Part shown: positions 1 to 13,719 of the stretch, one piece after another
Numbering within the stretch: the first letter of the stretch is position 1
Layout: each line of letters begins with the position of its first letter
Assembly (NCBI GenBank): GCA_028534125.1
Contig: CM052816.1
Location: forward strand, 83,888,001-83,952,000
Length of the DNA: 64,000 nucleotides
Direction of reading: 5' to 3'
From: Lama glama
Lineage: Eukaryota
Notes under the pieces: model-generated
What the model saw: only the letters and a program-made list of their open reading frames with translations
Databases searched by the model: none
Told to the model about the DNA's origin: nothing
Translations under genes and position numbers: made by a program

Positions 1-439
1 CCTCCTCTTAAAAGTTTGGAGTATAAATATAGTACATAAAATTGCTTCAGTCACTTCGAGGATGAAGCCAGCCCGAGGAGTGATCAAATCCCGAGAGGAT
101 CACAGAAATGTTGATTTAGTCATGATTATGCATCACTTGCAATATATCCAACCTTAATTATTTGCAGTTAAGCCTATAACAAAAACACTTTTCTTTTTTG
201 ATTGAATTTGAGTTAATATTCTAGCACATCAAATTTACTCAACTGATATAAAAATAGAAGTCTTTTAGACCTTGCCTTGTCATTTAATATTGCTTCAAAT
301 TATGTTTTTAGTCTTGTGCATTATGTTCATTCTTAATTATAAACTGTATCCTATTCCTTCACGAGGACTGCTATATTTAATCTAGCCAGAAAAGGAAAGT
401 ATGTAAATAGAGTAGAAAATAACCCTCCATGGTAGTATG

Positions 440-1270
440 AAAATATCTCAGAGTAAAACAGAAGAATCCCCTCCATGGTCAGAAGAGAAAAAAACATAGA
501 CACAGGACAAGATTGTATACCACTGCTGCTATTATTCACCAGAATATCTTGTATTTGATCTGTGCCATGGAGAAAAACATAATTATAAATATTGGAAGTT
601 AAGTTACACACTTTTAAATGATTTCTTACATCAAATTAACTATAATGTTATTTCAATAAAATATATTGATCTTGAAAATATCTAGGTATAAAATAAGTAC
701 TGAAAATATTACCTTTCTATGTAAGCAACTAGGTAATGTAACACAGTACAAAGTAAAACAAATTTTAAAAATGTAAAATTGTTCATTATATGTAGGAGAA
801 TTTTAAAATATTTTATATACACAAGGAAGTATATGATGAAGTCGTAGAAGCTTTAGGAAAATTTTTTCTTTTTCATTTTGGGAAGTTTTACATAAGATCA
901 GAAAATAATTTATAATAAAATATATTGTGTGATTTTTACATGCTGTCAAAACTATCTAGAAAAAAATAAGTAAAATTAAATTGAAATAAAATACTTACAA
1001 GAAATAGATCCAAACCTTACTGTTGCCAAGCCTTATTGAGATGTGTTCAAAAGATATCAAGAAATACTTCAGAAAAAATAATGACAATATCTAGAACTTA
1101 ACACTAGTCATTTTCGTAATGAGTTGCAAATTCCCCAATAAGAGACTATTTTCACATGTGGAAATCACAATATTTATAATTATTAAATACATAAGTAACA
1201 CACTAAAGTTTTCAGGAAATAGATACTCTCTTACACTGCTGGCAAAAGTCTCTTCAAAATAAAATAGAGT
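440..1270 (+). mobile_element. Highly degraded old LINE-1 (L1M) ORF2 fragments
   Basis: A-rich sequence with remnants of L1 ORF2 such as 'gaagaatcccctccatggtcagaag...acaggacaagattgtataccactgctgctattattcacc' (cf. L1 'agcattccc...acaagacaaggatgcccactctcaccactcctattcaac'); no intact frame. Confidence 0.45.
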
Positions 1271-1699
1271 AGAATGAAACAACTGATGATATATATACAT
1301 ATATATATATTAAATAATACAAGTTAGGTATGTTCTTTGACTTTTTGTTCTATTCAGTATACTGCGCTTTACCATGTACTCACTCACACATGCACCCATG
1401 CATGTGATTTCTCTTTGAGTTTAGATTATACATGATTTATTTTTATGATCGAGTCATATTTTTGGAATTATCTATAGTATCATATTATTAACTTCTATCA
1501 GAATAAGCTATAAAAAGGAATTCTTTCTTTCCTTGGACTCCCACTAGAATCTACCTCCAAATTATATTTGATTCCATTCTTTTCATTTTCACTCTTTGTC
1601 TCTTAATCTGGGCTCTTATTATTTTTAATTTAGATAGCAGTTAAGCTCCTCACCTCCCTTTTTCATCTCTTCTGAACTTTCAATTAATTTCTGAGACTC

Positions 1700-2260
1700 T
1701 CATCTGTTCAACATACTTTTGGAAGCCTGGTAAATCAGACAGATAAGGTCCCTGGCTTCATGAAATTTACCATTCCATGATTCAGACAATAAACAGGTAA
1801 ACAGGTTAAAAATACAGAAAAAATTGATAAACAGATGTAAAATTACACATTGAGTAATATGCTATGAATTTAACCAAAAAAGATTCTAAAATGGATATTA
1901 AAAAGTCATGTCAAATAAAAAGAAATTTAGTGAAGGACTTAATATAAGCCTTGAAAGATGGAAAGACAAAAAATATAGGCAGACTTATGATCAATGAATT
2001 CCAAGTACGTGAAACAGTATGCCTATTGTCTTTCAGTCCTAAAAGCACTAGTATACTCAGAAGTTAGTTTGTTTAGAAATTAATGAGTAAAACAACGAGT
2101 AGTCTTTGATATATTTAGAAAAGTAAACAATGGCAGAATATGCAGGGTTTGGTAGGCTACCGTAAAGGAGACTAAATTTTTCCTAAAGCAATGAAAAATC
2201 TTTAAGTATTTAGGGGTTGGCATGATACCATTCTTATGTTTTAACAAATCACTTCCTAAC
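1700..2260 (-). mobile_element. LINE-2 fragment
   Basis: Antisense L2 signatures: 'cagacagataaggtccctggcttcatgaaatttaccattcc', 'cagacaataaacaggtaaac', 'gcagggtttggtaggctaccgtaaagga', 'tgttttaacaaatcact'. Confidence 0.65.
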
Positions 2261-4779
2261 CCAAGAAAATATAATTACAATTTTATTAATTTTCTTTTTA
2301 AACAACATGAATTTTTTGTGTATATTACTCACTTTTTTATGCTTTGATCTTTACATCATTCTTGGAAATCATTGGTTTTAACAGAATGAACTTTTTAGAC
2401 GAGTGTCATTGTTTGGCTTTTATTTTGCTATGGCTTTTTGTTTGCTTTTATGACTTTGACATTAATGCTTTTGATCTGTGGACAAAAATGTCTCCAGTTG
2501 TAATGTTTAGCTTTATATTGGTTTTGATTTTGTTAATCTTTTTTCAGGATATTCATATTAAACAGGTGGCTTGAAAAGTAACATACATTGGTTATGTTAA
2601 CTATTCTTCCACCTTCCTTGATATTCTTTCTTTAGAAGTTATGTAGTATAATTTTTTAAGTAGCTTTCTATAAAGCAAGTATTATACACACTCATTCTAC
2701 GAGGACTTTATTCCAGACCTCCTGTTTTCTAACATTATGAACACGTATTAAGTTGTGTAATTGTCTTTTTTTTCACTACATTGGTTTTTATATTTGGATA
2801 CAGTATACTAAAATTTTCAATAGAATATAAATTAGAGCTTTTATTTGGTAAAAATATATTTCCTGTGGCAAATGTGTTTTGCTGAAGATCATTTACCTTG
2901 AAATGAAAATTACAGAATGTCTAAGATAAAATAAGAATGAATTACTATGTGTTATGAATTGTAGTATATGGTTAAATCAATAGCTTTAAATAGTTATAAA
3001 GCCAAAATAGAAATAATTAAATTTTGAAAAATTTTAAAAAAGAAAAATAAAAACTAAAATATTTAAATATAGGAGAAAGACATAAAAATAAACATCCTAT
3101 TAAATAAAATTTTAGTGTTTTATTAATCACAAAAATATGAAAAACAATTTTAATTATTTGTACAGAATGGGTGCTCCACAAAAAGTATGAAAGTAAAATT
3201 TTGACAATTTCTGAGACTATAAATAGTGTTTTATTAATGTTTTTATTTTAATATGTGTGATACAGCTACAAAAATGAAATGGAATAAAATATTTTGAGAT
3301 AAAATGTCAACAGTTTGGTCACACTTACCATTTCAATTTATCTAAAATAAAACACCTATGTTGACTAGAATGTATCTTGTACCATTTTATGCTTTTTTAA
3401 AAGAATTAAACACACATACACAATATTATAGAAGAAAATTAAAATTTTAATGGGACAGACCACTACAACACAAAAAACTAACTATTAGAATTATGTATTT
3501 TATACATACCTGGAACTAGCTGTCACTCAATCTATAACTTCCAAGGAATAAAGGATTATAACCACAGTAAGGAAATTCTTGTGGAATTAGGTATGGCTAT
3601 TGTAAGCCCCATGAAAATAAACTGGATGGTTTGTAAGGGTTAGACGAGAAGGCAAAATATCCACAGGAGCTGTAACTCCCAAGACATCACACTGATAAAG
3701 ATTTCCCATAAATCCTCTGAACCATGGCTTTTCCAATCAAGAGAGTAACAACCACCCTCTAAGGTGTCACGAGGTTGTAAAGAGCTCAGTCGTCCTATGA
3801 ACCATATCCATTTGTTTTATGGGGAACATGTTTCAATACTTGCTTTATGGGATTTATGAGCATATAAATAGAAAGATATTATTTTAGTGCAAAATAATTG
3901 CAGTAGCAGAGATATTTTAATATTAAATTATGCAAAAACCTCCTCTAATCTACTTATGTAAAATAATACATCTACATCTACCTCTTAACTCTGAAAAATA
4001 TTGACTAAACACATTTCTTAATGCCTGTTATGCATTCTCCCTATATAGTTCTACATTAATCTGTTTTCTCAAAACATTTGATGGAAATATATGTTGTAAA
4101 TTCAGTAATTAATAGTTTTAACTTTTTCCCACAGCTATTAGAAGTAATGTCTCTTAAGAAACTATCATTATTTTAAAAAAATTTACACATAGACTTAGAC
4201 TTTGAAATTAACAAGCATTTATAATCAGTAACATTTATTGATGCTTTTACATAATCTGATTGATTTAATTTTACTTTTTAACCTTTATAGTGATACCATT
4301 TGATTCATATTTACTATTGTTGACACATTAATCTCATCAGAGGAAATCCTTTTTTCCATGTGTAAAATGACCTCATTTAAAAAAATAATTGATCTCATTT
4401 TGTGAATAAAATACTTCTGACAAGAGATAAAGATAATTAACTGAATAGTAACTTTTCAGTCAGTATATGGGCTAAATTATATATGATACATACTTGAGTT
4501 TTACCTGACATTGTACCAGCCATGCTCAAGATTTAAATATTTATCTTCTTAATCAAATTATAAAATATTCTTTTGGTCAAAATCTGCTTTGAAAAATGTT
4601 AACATTTTTGCCTATTGAAGGTAGCAATTATATCAAACATTGCAAAATCACCTACCCCATTAAAATGTATTTTGTTTCTATAAACAAATCATATATTTAA
4701 CTATTCATTTTTTAAAGCTTCATAAAGTAAGCAGTATTTTGAAAATGTCAATCCACATTAAATTTCATCATACTTAACA

Positions 4780-4990
4780 GCTGAAGGATGCATCACCAAT
4801 CAGGTGAGGATGGAGGAAGAAGCGCATCCAGATAGAATAGCATGTGCAGTGGTGCTGAGGTGTGTGCTGGCAATTCAAACGATGGAAATAAGAGTTAAAT
4901 CCTACAGAGCAAGGGAAGATGTGGTAGAGAATGACCCTGGAAGGGAGCAGTGTCAACATTCTGAGCCATGCTAAAGGGCTGGTCTTACAA
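4780..4990 (-). mobile_element. LINE-2 fragment
   Basis: 'gaatagcatgtgcagtggtgctgagg' and 'gagccatgctaaagggctgg' resemble antisense L2 3' region. Confidence 0.45.
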
Positions 4991-6569
4991 ATACAGTCTC
5001 CTATATATTATTTAATATTTATGCATTTACCTATGTGGAAAAATTGCACATAATATGAAATTTGATTCATGTTGAAGAATGATTTACATAATTTACATGC
5101 AGTAAAAGAACAAAAGAACATCCATAAATGAATGACATATTAACAATGTGAGATTTAGCTGAACTCAGGAGAACATTTAAGAACATTTCACTCTTCATAT
5201 TTGCATGTTAAAGAGTCATGGCCTGGATAATTCCTGATACCCATAGCATCAGGGGAACTTTAAATAAAATAAGTTGTCTGAAGTGTGAACTGCTAAACTC
5301 CCTGCTTTTGTGATCTTTTATCGGTATTGCCCCAGGATCCTGGGAATCGCAATGTGTACCTAGGGTGGATTAGGGTGGACAGTGAGTCACTGGGGGCTAA
5401 TATCATAGGTATCTAGAACTTACGGGTTTGAAATGCTTCAATTTTTAAATCATATAACCAAGCACAAACAGGCATGACATTTCAATGATATTTCAGAAAT
5501 GAATTTATTGTATTACAGCTGTTGCTCAGCTGGTAAAACATTTCAAGAACTTCTTTAAATAATAATTTGAAATTTTCTATCTAATAAATCAACCTGAAAC
5601 ATCAACATTTTGTGAAAATTTGTATTTATATATTTTTCATCAATGTGGCATTCTTAATGAGATGAATGATGGACTAAACAACCAGTTTTATTATTAATCT
5701 TTCACTCTGGCACCCCATTCTATTTATTTCAATTATAATACTTCATGGATATTATGAATTCTTCATATAATATATTAGCTTATGTATTTTTAACAAGACA
5801 AATTTTGCTGTAAAGAGGATACTATTATGATGAGGTTTTCTTAAGCTGAGGACGTAAATTATGACATAAATATATATTTTTAAAAGTAAATTTAAAATTG
5901 CTTCCTTTGATTGGTCATTCTTAAGACAATGTATTTACTAGCTTTTAAGATAGTAAAACATAATTTACGGATTGCCCAATGTAATTAAATGAAACAGTTC
6001 AATATTTATAGGATGCATATATCTTTCATGGTGACATGAAATTTAGTGACAACTGAGAAAAAATCAAACGCAAACTATTTATTGCTATTTATTAAAACAA
6101 TAAGCATTTAAATGAGACTACAAAAAATGAAGTGACTACATTTGCCCATATGACTGTCTTTTCTGGCTTGTAGAAATTTCCTTTTTTCTCAATGATTTCA
6201 CCTTTTTTGTGCATGGAAAATATGAATACAAAAGGTTAGATTCTTGTGAAATGAAAATAATTTCGGCAAAGTAAATCATTTCAAATATGATATACATTTA
6301 TGTTTGTATTTAATGAATCATTAATTTCTTCCATCATTGCTAGTACTTAACATTGTATCATTAAGACAAATGGATTAAGATAATAAAAACAAATATGAGG
6401 TCATACCAACAGAGAGAAGTGTATATAAGCATTATTTGGTATATAGGTCATTATTACTTATATAAGAACAAAAACACAGAAGAAACTATCACAAATTTAT
6501 TAAAATCACAAAGCAGGGAAGCTATTACAAATCTTAAAATTGCAAAGGAAGCTTGCAATCATGGTAAAT

Positions 6570-6780
6570 GGGGAAAATGACCACAATTCACATTTCTGTC
6601 CATGGCCCTTTACAATGTGGCTTTTTGTAGCTCTTCCAATGAATAGGTTGGGCATATTTTCTTGCTTCCTGAGTCACGACATGGTCAGATAACTAGATTT
6701 GACCAATAACTCAAGAGCAAATGTGGTATCTGCAGAGACTTGAAAAGCATTTGCACATTTGATTAGTTATCTCTTTTTAC
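6570..6780 (+). mobile_element. MaLR LTR 5' fragment (MLT1G/H-like)
   Basis: 'aaaatgaccacaattc...ccctttacaatgtggcttttt gtagctcttcc...tttgaccaata...gcagagacttgaaaagcatttgcacatt' follows the MLT1 LTR consensus order. Confidence 0.7.
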
Positions 6781-6837
6781 TCTTCGGCTAGCTTGTTGTA
6801 TGATCCAGGAGAGGTACAGAGCAAAGGCATATGTTTA

Positions 6838-6960
6838 TGCCTTAGCATATTAATCATAGTAGTTTTCAATTCAGTCCGATAATTCCAACAACCTTGGCAT
6901 AACTGAGTCTGGTTCTGATGATTGTTCTGTCTCTTCGAAATGTTCTTTTGCCTCTTAGTG
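6838..6960 (-). mobile_element. L1M 5'-region fragment
   Basis: 'cttagcatattaatcatagtagttttcaattcagtccgataattccaaca...tgagtctggttctgatg' is typical antisense L1MC/MD 5' region. Confidence 0.6.
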
Positions 6961-7170
6961 TGAGTATTTGAATCAGTAGACTGAGTAAAGTAGCTCATCC
7001 TTACCAAGGGGAGTGGACATCATCCAACTTGTTGAAGGATTGAACAGAACAAAAAGGAGAAGGAGGGGTGAATCTCTTCCTCTGTTCTAGTTAAGACATC
7101 CATTTTCTCCTGCACTTGGACACTGGCACTCCTGGTTCTTGGGCTTTGGATGAAGACTGGATTATACAAC
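6961..7170 (+). mobile_element. ERVL LTR fragment (MLT2-like)
   Basis: 'tttgaatcagtagactgagtaaag...catcatccaac...gaacagaacaaaaagg...gacatccattttctcctgcacttggacac...ctcctggttcttgggctttgga' closely follows the MLT2B/D consensus. Confidence 0.85.
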
Positions 7171-9409
7171 ATCCATCCTCATTTTCAAATTTATGTCAAA
7201 ATGTTTAGGCAAGACAGTCATGCTTACCTTGCCAAATTTCTTCCCTAAATTCAACTAACTCTAATAGACAAGTTTTATAAAGAAATTGCTCTTTGTATTC
7301 TTTCATCAATGAAAATTTCTGATAAAATTTAAATAAGTTACTTTGATTTGCTTGGATGGCTTCTAGTTGGAACATGTAAAATATACTTGAGAAATTGTTC
7401 TCTGTGTACCACTATTATTTCCATGTATGGATTTTATTAAACCAATTAGTTTAAGAATTAACATAAATCGACATTTCAACATTTTGAGTTCACAATTCTC
7501 TTTTCAATCTTATCTGTTTTTAATCAATGACATGAAGGTTTTATATTTTTAAATAGTAGTCCCTGTGTTTAGCCTGAATGAGGAGGGCTAAGCCAGTGAG
7601 AGTTAAGTCAGCTCTCCTCTTTATCACTTCCTTTGGAAACTGATCAACCTCTGGCTAGAATTTAAAGATTATCAGTCACTGAAGGATCAAAGTAGCCTTG
7701 GATCACTCTCCATTCCCAATGTTAGCATCCTGAGTGATTCTCTCATAGATAGTAGAAGCCATCTTTCATTACTTTAACTGTATAGCATCAATTCCAATTG
7801 TCTTCCCATTGGAAAGCCTTAGGTATTGCTACTGCTTTTAGGAGTGCTGGAATTAAACACTGGATGATACTTAGAAGTGACCGTGGAGTGACAAATCTGG
7901 ACTCACTGGAGGTCCCTCTCAACTGAAGCAGAGGAAAAATGCACAGTAAGTATATTCCATTGAAATAATCCTATTGATACAGAGTTGTGGTTTAGTATGA
8001 CATTTTTTCATGAATTTTATTGCTTCAGATAGCTATTAAACTTGAAGGATGTGCACATGTATGTTTATTCTTTGCAGTCACACTTAAATCTCTTGAAATC
8101 CAGTGAAATATACAGTTAGCATGATTAATATCTTATTTATCTTGATTAGTTTTTTATCAAGATTTTAAAATGCTGAAAATCAGAAACTACTCTTTAAGAA
8201 ATGTTTTAACCACAAAGCCAGTTTTTTTTATTAGTTTCTTATTTACTCAAAAATAGTTACATAAATCTGAAAGGATTACGCATTATTTCTGAATCTATCA
8301 ACACCAAAATGATATCTGCAATTTGATCATATGATATTATGAGGACAATAAAACAGGACGTTTACCTAAAAGAGGAAAGAGAGGGAGAAAGAGGGAGAGA
8401 GAAAGCCAGGGATAGAAATAGGGAGAAGAAGTGACAGGTATCTTTCCTCATCTCAGTTGCCTCCTCTTCAGCTTTTCCCATACGTTTTTTAAGCCTACAT
8501 ACCTAACCTTTCTCTTTTGCACATTTAGAAAATAAGATTTGTATTTTTCTCTTATTTCACTTGGAAAAAAAATAGTTAATTAATTAAAATTTTCTGGTTT
8601 CTATTATTCGCTTTCAGTAGTTCAACTCATTCTAAGAGAGATTATTCATGGAGCAACTATACAATCTCTACAATTTTTTTCAGTGATGTCTATCCTTCAA
8701 CAGACAATTGACTAGCAGCTTTAAATGGACTGTGGATTTGCCATCCACCGATAGCCACCATCCATTCATTTTAAATAAGAGAAGTATCTCTTTGGTTTGA
8801 ATTGTGCTTCTTCCACAGAGATGGAATTTTTCAACCTACTAGATAGATTGCTCAAGTTGTATCAAAGAGAAGCATTTCATCTGTGACAAACCGAGATCCA
8901 TAACAGAGTTAAGACTCACACCACCTGCCTCTAATCCAGTAAGAAAGGTTGGGCTTAACCTTCCTGGATGAGAATAAAGAAAGTAACTGATCCATGAAAT
9001 GAGAAATGTAACTGAATAACTTCTGGATGTGAAAGGAGAAAAATTGTTGACTGAGCATCACACAACTTTGCAGCACATAATAAGGTGCAGTGAGGGCGGT
9101 AGGACATCCCAAATGTCTGAACTGGTCAGGAAAGTGTGGTATAATTTTATATAAGGTAAATATAATTAAAATATTAGTAAGTGCCTGATAAAAATAACAT
9201 CTTTCACTGACTTAATTTTTCATGCACGTATGCCTGTCTCTCTATACCTGACAAATGTGTATGTCTGTGTAGCATTATGAATATGATAATAATCATCCAT
9301 CAGCATGTTAAATGTCTAAATTTGTACATTTATACTTTTCTGAATTAAAAGAATAACATTAAAAATAACACAGTGTAAAGACATCTGATGTTTCCAAAGC
9401 AACCAGGAA

Positions 9410-9605
9410 CACCTTATAAAATTTGTTTAATCTTCAGAAAAGTTTTATGCAGTAAAAACCATTTTATCCATATTTTACAGCTGAGGAAACTGAGGAATAA
9501 AAGGCTGAAATATTTACACACATCAGTGAGCCTGTAAACTGTGGAAAGACTTTTCAAACCCTGGAAGTCTGAATTCATAGCACATGAATTTAACTACTGT
9601 GATAT
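9410..9605 (-). mobile_element. MIR SINE
   Basis: Antisense MIR core 'attttacagctgaggaaactgagg'. Confidence 0.75.
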
Positions 9606-10227
9606 ATCACACTTTAATTTGACTGTCATCAATCCTTGAGTTAAAATGAAAAGTGAAAAGTATTATTTAATCTACATCTGTGCCAATTGGAAAAAAAATC
9701 CAATCTACAGGAGATTCCTAGAAAAATATATTGCACCAACAAATTCTTAGTAAGTAATTGTTAAAGGAAAACAAACAAAATAAAACAAAACAAAATGAAT
9801 GACTAGATAAATAATCCTTGAAAATGAAAATCAATCCTATTTTCAATAAATTTGATGACTCTGGGACTCATGAATCCAAGTAACATTGCAATCAGTTTTC
9901 AGACAGCTCTGATAGAATGCCATTCCTTATTTTGGAATAGATCTGGCTCCTATAATAACTCAGTGGTCATAATTCTATCCTCTACTTTTTATGCAAGGCT
10001 TTCCTAAAATTTGAAGAGACACCCTAAATCCCCATTTCCACTCTGAATTTGCATGGATGCCTCATTCTACTCTTTTGAGTATTATAAATATTTTTACAGT
10101 ATATATTTACTTTCATTTATCAAAAGATACTAACTTTCTGATGTGTAATCATGCATCTATGTAGCTATCAAATTTGATTACATCTCCTACATAATGTTTA
10201 ATTATAGAATATATTAAAATTTCCACA

Positions 10228-10358
10228 TTAAGAATATGAAAATGGATATATGTATATTCCTATATGATTGAAGCACTGTGCTGTGCACCAGAAATTGACA
10301 CAACATTGTGAACTGACTATACGTCAATAAAAATAAAAAAGAATAAATAAAAGAAATA
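10228..10358 (+). mobile_element. Younger, 5'-truncated LINE-1 3' end with A-rich tail (artiodactyl-type)
   Basis: 'aagaatatgaaaatggatatatgtat...tgaagcactgtgctgtgcaccagaaattgacacaacattgtgaactgactatacgtcaataaaaataaaaaagaataaataaaa'. Confidence 0.8.
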
Positions 10359-10379
10359 GATATTTCTAGCAACCAATAA

Positions 10380-10523
10380 ACTCCAATGTACCATTTTAGT
10401 CATTAGTCTATCCCCAAAATAAACACTATCTGAATTCTAACACCATAGGCTAGTTCTGCTTTTTGCTTATTTGTAGACTCTATATATGTGTGTATTTGTG
10501 ACTTTGTGCATACACATGTGGTA

Positions 10524-10578
<55 letters not shown>

Positions 10579-11250
10579 TATGTCTAGTTTCATTAGTTAA
10601 CATTATTTTAAAAGCTTCAACTATGTTATTTGTTTCAGACAGTTCAAAAATATCTTTTTCATTGCTATACAGTATTCTATTTTATAAATGCACCAACATT
10701 TTTAATCATTTTGGTGTTCATGGGCATTTGAGTTGTTTCTATATTGGGACTAATAAGAATGGTTTTTATGAATATTTTGGTCATTTCTTTTGATGAATAT
10801 ACAAACACATTGTTTTAAATATTTCTCATAGTAGTTAAATCTCTGACATGCAGTGTTGTGTATGTTCAGCTAATAGTAGGTACTAACAAAAAATTTGTAC
10901 ACTACTTATAAAAATTTATACTCCAAACAGCAGAGTATTAGTTGTAGTTGTTATACATTCTTACCAGCTCTTAGTAGTACTGTCTTTTTTTTTTAAATTA
11001 ATAGAGCAGATATCACATTGGGGACTTAGCTTACTTTTCTTAGGTGACTAATGAAGTTAAATATCTTTTCATGTGTCTATTGAACATTTTGAAATTCTCT
11101 TCTCTAAAATCTTATTCTAAGTCTATTGCCAATTTTTATAAGGTTTCCTGCACTTTGCTACTTGATTTGTAAAAGTTCTTTGTGTATCATACATATGGAT
11201 GCTTTATCAAATGTATGTGAAATCATCTGTCTTCTTAAGGTGTCACTTAA
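10380..11250 (-). mobile_element. Old L1M (L1ME-like) 3' UTR/ORF2 end
   Basis: 'ctaacaccatagg', 'ttcattgctatacagtattct', 'tgggcatttgagttgtttc', 'tgactaatgaagttaaatatcttttcatgtg' are antisense L1 3' motifs. Confidence 0.75.
10528..10576. repeat. (TA)n microsatellite, ~24 units
   Basis: Perfect TA run read directly from the sequence; produces the YIYIYI ORFs. Confidence 0.98.
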
Positions 11251-11264
11251 TGCAAAGCAATTCT

Positions 11265-11555
11265 GTTTTTATTGTATATCTTTAAGCTGTGCGGCTTGGA
11301 GATTTGATACACATGCACAATGTGAAACTATCAGCACAATTGGGATAATTAACTTGCAATCGTCTACAATAGTTATCTTTTGCTTATTTGTTTATTTTGT
11401 GCTGAGAACACTTAGGATCGACCCTTTTAGCAAATTCCAAGTGTACAGCATGGTATGTTACCTATTGTCACCACTATATACATTAGATCTCCAGAACTTG
11501 TTCATCTTGCATAACTGAAACATTTGTGTCCTATTAAAAACATTTGCCTGTTCCA
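11265..11555 (-). mobile_element. L1MA9/10-like 3' end
   Basis: 'tgagaacacttaggatcgacccttttagcaaattccaagtgtaca...tacattagatctccagaacttgttcatcttgcataactgaaac'. Confidence 0.8.
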
Positions 11556-13224
11556 CTTTAATTTATCAAAAGCAATCTTCATGTACCAATGTAGCTATTA
11601 AATTGTATTATGCTTTATTTGATTTTAATAGTAGAAAGCAATTTGGCAATGATATCAAAATTCACTAAAAAAATTCATTCATTCAAAACTAATCCTTTCC
11701 CACTTAACGAATTCCCATTTTTGAGCTAGACACAGTAACACAACACTTTATCTTTAAAAAGTTTGGGAAAATAGTTCTTCCTTTGGATACAGTATTTCAA
11801 ATTTGCTAACTTTAGGTTTTATTAACATCAATTAATGCTTAGTGAAGAAAGCACTCAGAAATTAGAAGCAAGATTTTTTTTTTAACTTTATAAGAAATTT
11901 GTATGACTGCTTTTCATTGGCAACCAAAGGTACAGGATTACTTTCTTTGTCCAACCTCCAACACCACCTCTAACAAAGTTTCAGTGGATTGGCTCGTTAT
12001 TATGCACATGTCCTCTGTAGTATGTGATAGTTTTCTGATTCTTGAGAAATGCAGTTAGGAGCCAGTATGGTCAGTTGAAAAAATGTTCCATGGTAAATTT
12101 ATTTTTTAATTAAATGGGAACATTCTAAAATCATGTACCTATAAAATCACATACACAGCCTGGTAACACAACATGGCCCCTTAGTCCTGCCCTTGCTGCA
12201 AGTTTGTCTTTAGAGAGTGGGATATTTTTATGAAAACTTGTGTATTTAAATGAATATGTATGAGAGTATATTTTTTTCAAAAAGTGTCCATAAATATCAT
12301 CCAATCTTGAGAGTGTGTGATTCACCCCACAGAGATTAAGAGCAACTGTCCTTGAATAATCTTTCTTATAAAAATGTAAAAAATCATACTGAGTAAATAA
12401 GGCATGCTGTTAGTTATTGCCTGCCTGTTTATGATCACTGTCCTGCTGGTGTTATTTTATATCTTTCCATTTATACTCTCAGAGTGAACCATTTTAGGCA
12501 AGTGATAAACAGTCAGAGATACAGAATAGCACTTCTTAATTAAATCTTCCACATTTTAACACTTCAAATTTGTAAGTTTCTTGTGACTGAAAGCCTCTGT
12601 CATTTCCTAACTAACTATTATTAAACCCTTTGTTATACATTTAGTTTAAAACAAATTATTTAAATTGGAAATACTAAATTTTTCTGAGGTTGGTCTTGTT
12701 AAGTATCATTCTGTTTCTTTTAGGTATCAGTTTATGATGAATAATTATGAAATACAGCAAAGGGAAAGAAGTTAAAGGAGATACTAACTTTATTCATATT
12801 CCAGGCCTACATAACTGGTTTTCAAATATTAAAAATAAGCAAGTGTACCATAATAGAGTAAAACATTGACAATAGGGGAAGCAGCACATAGGATTTATGG
12901 TCATATTTGCAATTTTTATGGAATTTTAAAAGTATACTAATTTAAAAAAAATGAAAATGTAACCCTTTACTAAAGACAATCTTTTGTAAAAATATTGTGC
13001 AAAATTAAGATTCTATTTCTGAAAATGTGTAAGAGTATAGGATGTGGATAGGTTGGGAGTTTTATTAGAACACATTATGAAAATTATCCCTAAGCAACTT
13101 ATATGATCATTTTCAACTTTCAAGTTAGAGTATTCTATAAATTAAAGAAATATTAAGAGAAAACAAAACAAAGATTTTTTTCCACATATGTTGATCATTT
13201 GCTTTCTAATAAAATATAGTATAC

Positions 13225-13500
13225 TCATTCTTTTTTTCATAGACAGTGTGTGTTGATTGCCACTAAATATTTTGTGCAAGAGAGTCAACAGTAAAATAGA
13301 TCAGATCCATCTCTACCCTAAGGAATCTTAGACTAGTGAGAAACCTAGTAACTCATAAAATGATCATGTAACTAAGTGTAAATTTGCATCTATGACAGGT
13401 GCTATAAGGAAAATGTAGGCAGAGATATCAAATGTATAGAAATGGTTTAGAAGAGTTAGAGTTTTTCTATTATGAAAAACTATAAATTTTCCTTTGAAGA
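13225..13500 (-). mobile_element. LINE-2 fragment
   Basis: 'tccatctctaccctaaggaatcttagactagtgag...tgacaggtgctataagga' resembles antisense L2. Confidence 0.5.
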
Positions 13501-13719
13501 AGGTTAACAGGGGTCTGAATCTATGATAGACAGCTTGCCCAACAGAGTGATATAAGTTGGAAGTGGACTTTCAAGGTGTCAGTTTAACTAGGTGCTGGCC
13601 CAGAAAGAAAGTAAAGAAAGGAAATACTCTAAGTAGGCAGAGTGTTAAACATTAAACAGTTTATTTCACTGCCCTTCTTTTTTTTTTAAATCACGGATAA
13701 GTGGTCCGAATATAGGATA

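Noticed and set aside
423..479. 11-bp direct repeat ccctccatggt (423-433 and 469-479)
   Set aside because: Only two copies at the edge of a decayed L1; not an array and not CRISPR-like
10403..10793. ORFs containing YIYIYI repeats
   Set aside because: Translation of the (TA)n microsatellite inside an L1 fragment
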